A DNA stretch of 64,000 nucleotides from an uncultured Gammaproteobacteria bacterium. GTDB lineage: Bacteria > Patescibacteriota > Microgenomatia > Daviesbacterales > UBA10151. How positions within the stretch are numbered: position 1 is the first letter of the stretch; every line of letters begins with the position of its first letter. Position numbers and translations under genes: made by a program. The notes under the pieces are model-generated. The model did no database searches. It was not told the DNA's origin and saw only the letters and a list, made by a program, of their open reading frames with translations. Location of the stretch: NCBI GenBank assembly GCA_964392925.1, contig CAYMRP010000004.1, positions 7,184-71,183 of the forward strand, read 5' to 3'. Of this stretch, positions 59,706 to 64,000 are shown piece after piece.

Positions 59706-59999
59706 ATGACAGATAGAGAAAATGGGAGAGATTCAGAAAATAGAAAAATAATTCAAAATAGAGTTTTTGAGGCTATAGTAGGCCTTGGCGGCGGTGTCAG
59801 AGTCTCAAGGTTCGACGCAGACTATCTGCAGTCGCTAAAAAATGCTAGATCATTTCCAAGTTCTGCTGTACTCCGTCAATCGATAAGGGTTGATTTAAAT
59901 TTTGCAGAAAGAACAGGCTTAGAACTTAATCCGGATCTAACTCAAGTAGCAAAAGAATTACTAAATCAAAAGAAAGGAGGTGGTGATGATGGCAGTTAA
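59706..59999 (+). CDS. Hypothetical protein downstream of T-box
   Basis: GGAG SD and ATG just after the terminator; 97 aa. Confidence 0.75.
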   Translation: MTDRENGRDSENRKIIQNRVFEAIVGLGGGVRVSRFDADYLQSLKNARSFPSSAVLRQSIRVDLNFAERTGLELNPDLTQVAKELLNQKKGGGDDGS

Positions 60000-60294
60000 T
60001 AGTAATGAGAGATCGAGTAGTGTTTCTTGGCAGACTAACAGCTCAGAAACATCTATGCGTTTAGGACTCGCAGTATTAAGCAATCCTGGTGATAGGCGGG
60101 CTATTACTAATATATTAGAAAATTCTCGACTTCCTGAGTTGGGTTTTTATGCAAAAACACTGGTAGTGAGTGGTGCATCTTTTGCAGAAAAGTCATTAGG
60201 ATGGGCATTAGATCATGCTAAAAGAAGTGATATACCCGTTGACCCTCAGCTTGCAGCTCAGGTAGAAGCAAGATTAAGAAGAAATGGAATATAA
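59986..60294 (+). CDS. Hypothetical protein, weakly similar to the preceding ORF
   Basis: SD AGGAGG 59975-80; overlaps the upstream ORF; start 59986 or 59989. Confidence 0.75.
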   Translation: MMAVNSNERSSSVSWQTNSSETSMRLGLAVLSNPGDRRAITNILENSRLPELGFYAKTLVVSGASFAEKSLGWALDHAKRSDIPVDPQLAAQVEARLRRNGI

Positions 60295-60296
60295 GT

Positions 60297-61760
60297 TTAT
60301 TGGGAGGTTAGGTTAAAATCACTAGCCTCCCTGTCTTGCTCCAATAATGAAGGTGGAAAAATCTTTATCTTATTAAATTGTTCCTTATACATAAATCTCC
60401 TTAAAATCTTATACACATCATAATCAAACTCCAAATCCTCCAAACTTCTATCATCCCCCTCCTGTTTTTGAACAATGCACCAATTATGAATCAAAAAATG
60501 CTCTTCCTTACCCTCTAGCGGATCAACTTCCTTAATAATAATTGGTCCCTGATGCGGCCAGTCTTTAATCTTAGTTTTCAAAAACGCCTCAATAAATCGT
60601 AAGTTATATTTCATCGGCATTTCATTTCCCGCACAAATACCCTTACATCTTCCAAGCTGGTAATTAAAACAAGGTCCTTTTGTTTTCTGAAGTCCTAAAA
60701 ATTTATCACATAAGTTGTGCTCTTTAGCCAGATTAGTGAGGGTTTCTTTAGCCTGTCTTTTCGTTTTAAATACCGCCATAACATCTCCTAAATTATTAAT
60801 ATCCGGTGCATCAGTCTCAATAATCTCTATCGTATAAACCCCACCTGTCCCGCAAAGCTTCAGCGAAGTGGGGTCAGCCTCTTTCTTAACCGCCATCACC
60901 ATCTTCTCTCTGTATCTCAGCCTTCTATTATATAGAGGCATTAATTTCTTAATCGTTTCTGACTCTTTTAATAAAGCCCCTAACTCTCCGGCAGTTTTTA
61001 TAAATTCCATACTCTCAATCGTGTTATAAATCTTCATTTCAGAAGAGTCTCCAGTACTTAACGAGAAATGAGACATAACTCGATCGCGGATATTCTTAGA
61101 TTTTCCTACATAAAGCGGCTGGCCGTTCTCTCCATAAAAAATATAAACTCCTGCGGTTTCTGGTATTTCTGCATAATTAAAATTCTTAATTTTAGGCGGA
61201 ATATTAGGCTTCTTTAATATATGCGAAATAACCTGAGTCACCTTTTCTATTGGAAAAGCAGTTTGAATTTTCTGATAAAACTCCCAAAGAATTTTGGCAT
61301 CTGAAAATGCTCTGTGTCTATTTTCTATCTCGAACTGAAATCTCTCAATAATACTGTCGAGATTATGATGACGGTGCTCAGGGTAGAGTAGTCTGGACAA
61401 TTTCACTGTGCAAAGCTGCTTCGGTGCAAATCGCTCGCCAAATCTCAGATATTCCTGTTTTAAAAATCCGTAATCAAACCTGGCGTTGTGAGCCACCAAA
61501 ACCGTATCCTCAAAATAACCAGCCAGCTCATCTTTAATATCAAAAAATGACGGTGCTTTCTCAAGATCCGCCGGAGAGATGCCTGTTAAATTGGTTATCT
61601 CGGTCGGCAAAGGCCGGTCCGGATTTAAAAAGGTCTGAAAAGTTTTCTCAAGCTTATTATCTCTAACCTGGAGAATTCCTACCTCGATAATCCGGTCAAA
61701 AGTAATTGATCCTCCGGTAGTTTCAAGGTCGACAAATGTTAGATTTCTAGGCAGATTCAT
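60297..61760 (-). CDS. DEDDh 3'-5' exonuclease (DnaQ-like) fused to GIY-YIG/Cho-like nuclease
   Basis: DLETTG, AHNARFD, HRAFSDA; GVYIFY..LYVGKS..RV.SHF; C-terminal Cys cluster. Confidence 0.92.
   Translation of the reverse strand: MNLPRNLTFVDLETTGGSITFDRIIEVGILQVRDNKLEKTFQTFLNPDRPLPTEITNLTGISPADLEKAPSFFDIKDELAGYFEDTVLVAHNARFDYGFLKQEYLRFGERFAPKQLCTVKLSRLLYPEHRHHNLDSIIERFQFEIENRHRAFSDAKILWEFYQKIQTAFPIEKVTQVISHILKKPNIPPKIKNFNYAEIPETAGVYIFYGENGQPLYVGKSKNIRDRVMSHFSLSTGDSSEMKIYNTIESMEFIKTAGELGALLKESETIKKLMPLYNRRLRYREKMVMAVKKEADPTSLKLCGTGGVYTIEIIETDAPDINNLGDVMAVFKTKRQAKETLTNLAKEHNLCDKFLGLQKTKGPCFNYQLGRCKGICAGNEMPMKYNLRFIEAFLKTKIKDWPHQGPIIIKEVDPLEGKEEHFLIHNWCIVQKQEGDDRSLEDLEFDYDVYKILRRFMYKEQFNKIKIFPPSLLEQDREASDFNLTSQ
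60845..60877. repeat. GC-rich palindromic element in frame within CDS
   Basis: CTGTCCCGCAAAGCTTCAGCGAAGTGGGGTCAG (33 bp). Confidence 0.65.
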
Positions 61761-61871
61761 ATAAAATCATCATCAATAAGTGGCACACTTAGTATCTGAA
61801 AGGGTGGCAGTTATCAGACGTAAAGAACCCAAATACTAGTTTGTTTGGTAAAATATTTCAAGTAACCTCTT

Positions 61872-62195
61872 ATGGCTAAGTTCGTCAAAATTATTGTTTT
61901 TGTACCGGTCAAAGATGCAGGTAAAATCAGAAAAGTTCTTGCTGATAATGGAGCTGGGAAATTAGGTGATTATTCCAGAACCTCCTTTTCATTTAAAGGT
62001 AAAGGTCGTTTTAAGCCCGAAAAAGGAGCCCACCCTTCAGTAGGCGAAGTAGGTAAATCAGAAGTGACAAGCGAAGAGAGAATTGAAGTTATCGCCCCTA
62101 GTAAGAAGTATTTAGAAATTGTGGAAAAAGTTAAACAAGCCCATCCCTACGAAGAACCCGCCATTGAAGTTTATGAGCTGCTTTATCCTAGTTAA
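61872..62195 (+). CDS. YqfO/NIF3-insert-like (CutA/PII-like fold) protein
   Basis: FVP, GAGKLGDYS, G.GRFKP..GAHP, AHPYEEPA. Confidence 0.9.
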   Translation: MAKFVKIIVFVPVKDAGKIRKVLADNGAGKLGDYSRTSFSFKGKGRFKPEKGAHPSVGEVGKSEVTSEERIEVIAPSKKYLEIVEKVKQAHPYEEPAIEVYELLYPS

Positions 62196-62244
62196 AAAGG
62201 ACTTAAGGTTGATTTTTTAGCCTCCAGAAGCTATTGTATAACCA

Positions 62245-62748
62245 ATGAAAGTCTATCTCGCAACCGATCACGCTGGTTTTGAAATTAAAAATAAAGTCGC
62301 AGAACTTCTAAAAAAAGAAGGATATGATGTTGAGGATTGCGGGCCTGAAGCTTATGACAAAGATGACGATTATCCTGATTTTATTTCTAAAGCCGCTAAA
62401 AAGGTTTCCGAAAATCCTGATGAATTCGGGATAGTTTTCGGAGGCTCCGGTCAAGGTGAAGCAATCGTTGCTAACAAATTTGATAACGTCAGATGTGCTT
62501 TGTTCTATGGTCCGGTTATCCCTCCAATCGCCACTGACATAACCGGCAAAACAAGTGATGATCCTTATGAAATGCTCCGCCTGACTCGTGAACACAACAA
62601 TTCTAATATGTTGTCTATCGGTGTCAGATTTATGACCGAAGCAGATACCATGAATGCTATTAAATTATTCTTATCCTCAAAATACTCAGGAGAAGAACGC
62701 CACGCCAGACGAATTGATAAAATAAAAAAACTGGAAGAAAGTATTTAA
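62245..62748 (+). CDS. rpiB: Ribose-5-phosphate isomerase B
   Basis: DHAGF, DDYPD, GGSGQGE, REHNNSN, RHARRI. Confidence 0.96.
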   Translation: MKVYLATDHAGFEIKNKVAELLKKEGYDVEDCGPEAYDKDDDYPDFISKAAKKVSENPDEFGIVFGGSGQGEAIVANKFDNVRCALFYGPVIPPIATDITGKTSDDPYEMLRLTREHNNSNMLSIGVRFMTEADTMNAIKLFLSSKYSGEERHARRIDKIKKLEESI

Positions 62749-62760
62749 AAGATACTGTAT

Positions 62761-62817
62761 TTTCTCGTTTCACTCGAAAGATAATTGTAGATAAGTATTT
62801 TTCGAACGGAGTGAGGA
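62761..62817. repeat. Imperfect intergenic hairpin element
   Basis: TTTCTCGTTTCACTCGAA ... TTCGAACGGAGTGAGGAA. Confidence 0.55.
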
Positions 62818-62834
62818 AATACCTAATAATAAAC

Positions 62835-63479
62835 ATGATCCAAATCGTTCCCGCCATTTTAGATAAAACACCCGAAGAATTTAGTGATCACGTCGATCAG
62901 CTAAAAAATTCTCTTGGTTTCCAGGAAGGTTGGGTGCATATCGATTTTGCTGATGGTAAGTTCGTTGAGAACAAAACTCTGGATCCCGAATCAATAAAGA
63001 AATATCCGCTCAATCTAAAGAAAGAAGCCCATCTTATGGTCGCCCGCCCTTTATCATGGATAACTAAATTAAAAGAGGCCGGATTCGATAGAGTTATCTT
63101 TCACTTTGAATCAGAAGATAGTGTTAGCGAAGTCATAAAAACGATCAAAAACGCTGATATGGAAGTTGGTATTGCTGTAAACCCCGATACTAAAATTGAC
63201 GAACTCGAATCAATAAAAAATCGAGTTGATCAGATCTTAGTTATGGGTATAGTTCCAGGATTCCAAGGGCAGCCGTTTATTCCTGCCACAATCGATAAAA
63301 TTAAAGATTTAAAATCAAAAAACTGGCCAATTAAAATCTCAACCGACGGGGCTGTTAGAGATGATAACGCTAAAGGCCTCGTTGATGCCGGCGTTGATCA
63401 GCTGGTATCAGGCTCATTTTTACTAAAAGGTGATATTGATGAACAAGTTGAAAAACTCTGGGAAGCTATAAATACATAA
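62835..63479 (+). CDS. rpe: Ribulose-phosphate 3-epimerase
   Basis: HIDFADGKFV, AHLMV, MGIVPGFQGQ, DGAV; start MIQIVPAIL. Confidence 0.95.
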   Translation: MIQIVPAILDKTPEEFSDHVDQLKNSLGFQEGWVHIDFADGKFVENKTLDPESIKKYPLNLKKEAHLMVARPLSWITKLKEAGFDRVIFHFESEDSVSEVIKTIKNADMEVGIAVNPDTKIDELESIKNRVDQILVMGIVPGFQGQPFIPATIDKIKDLKSKNWPIKISTDGAVRDDNAKGLVDAGVDQLVSGSFLLKGDIDEQVEKLWEAINT

Positions 63480-64000
63480 ATGCTAAAATTTCTAAGCCGC
63501 AAAAAACCAAAATCCCGCGAAAAAGCCAAGCACATCCAAAATGTTGCCATATTTGGTTACGCTAATCTTGGGAATAAAGAAAATCTTTTCCAGGAAGTCT
63601 TCCAGGTTTCTAAAAATTTAGCTCAAGCAGGCTATACAGTTGTTGATGGCGGAGGTCCAGGCGTTATGTTAGCCGCTTCTCTCGGCGCTAAAGAGGGCGG
63701 GGGAAAGGTAGTCGGCGTGACACTTTATCCTAAAGACATGAAAAACTTTGAAGGTAAGGATCCGGCAAATCTTTTAGATAAGGAAATTAAAACCTCAACA
63801 TATGTCGAAAGAACACTGACTTTAATGAAGCAGGGCCAGGTTTATGTCATATTCAAGGGCGGCACAGGAACAGTCTCAGAATTCGGCATGGCTTGGGGTC
63901 TAGCTAGATTATACTTCGGTCATCACAAACCTCTAATTCTCTATGGAAAATTCTGGCATAAAATAATGAAAGCCTTTAAGGAGAATATGTTTGTCAGGTC
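63480..64000 (+). CDS. LOG-family protein (3'-truncated), not in ORF track
   Basis: VAIFG, DGGGPGVM.A...GA, KGGTGTVSE. Confidence 0.9.
   Translation, partial: MLKFLSRKKPKSREKAKHIQNVAIFGYANLGNKENLFQEVFQVSKNLAQAGYTVVDGGGPGVMLAASLGAKEGGGKVVGVTLYPKDMKNFEGKDPANLLDKEIKTSTYVERTLTLMKQGQVYVIFKGGTGTVSEFGMAWGLARLYFGHHKPLILYGKFWHKIMKAFKENMFVR

Noticed and set aside
42900-60294. Integrated island or prophage downstream of tRNA-Gln
   Set aside because: Accessory-looking genes follow the tRNA, but no integrase, phage gene or tRNA 3'-end repeat was found
61783-61812. GTGGCA direct repeat upstream of the DEDDh/GIY-YIG gene as a DNA-damage operator
   Set aside because: Only 6 bp, no second instance noticed before recJ, and the recA promoter is outside the window

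Overview
This is an AT-rich, gene-dense bacterial chromosome segment. Gene content and protein style suggest a Patescibacteria/CPR organism of the Microgenomates group (inference, not proven by the window). Housekeeping genes include recA-recX-rny-HU, miaA, rnpB, comM, secD/secF, cca, recJ, aspS, gltX, tRNA-Gln, rpiB and rpe. The window also holds a four-gene GT-C glycosyltransferase cluster, a MacAB-type transporter with a two-component system, and a complete nine-gene shikimate/Phe/Tyr operon. The strongest signals absent from the ORF track are regulatory. (1) A 21-aa leader peptide rich in Trp/Phe/Tyr, with a full antiterminator/terminator attenuator, precedes the aromatic operon. (2) A transcriptional T-box riboswitch with an ultrashort stem I, best read as Cys-specific, controls only two unknown, weakly similar small proteins. 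(3) A direct-repeat operator occurs four times and outlines an autoregulated two-component regulon. Also notable are a pilin-signal/sulfatase/FN3/dockerin-like fusion, several small palindromic elements (one in frame inside a gene), a duplicated tRNA 5' end, and many apparently leaderless genes. No CRISPR array, integrase, transposase or rRNA was recognised.
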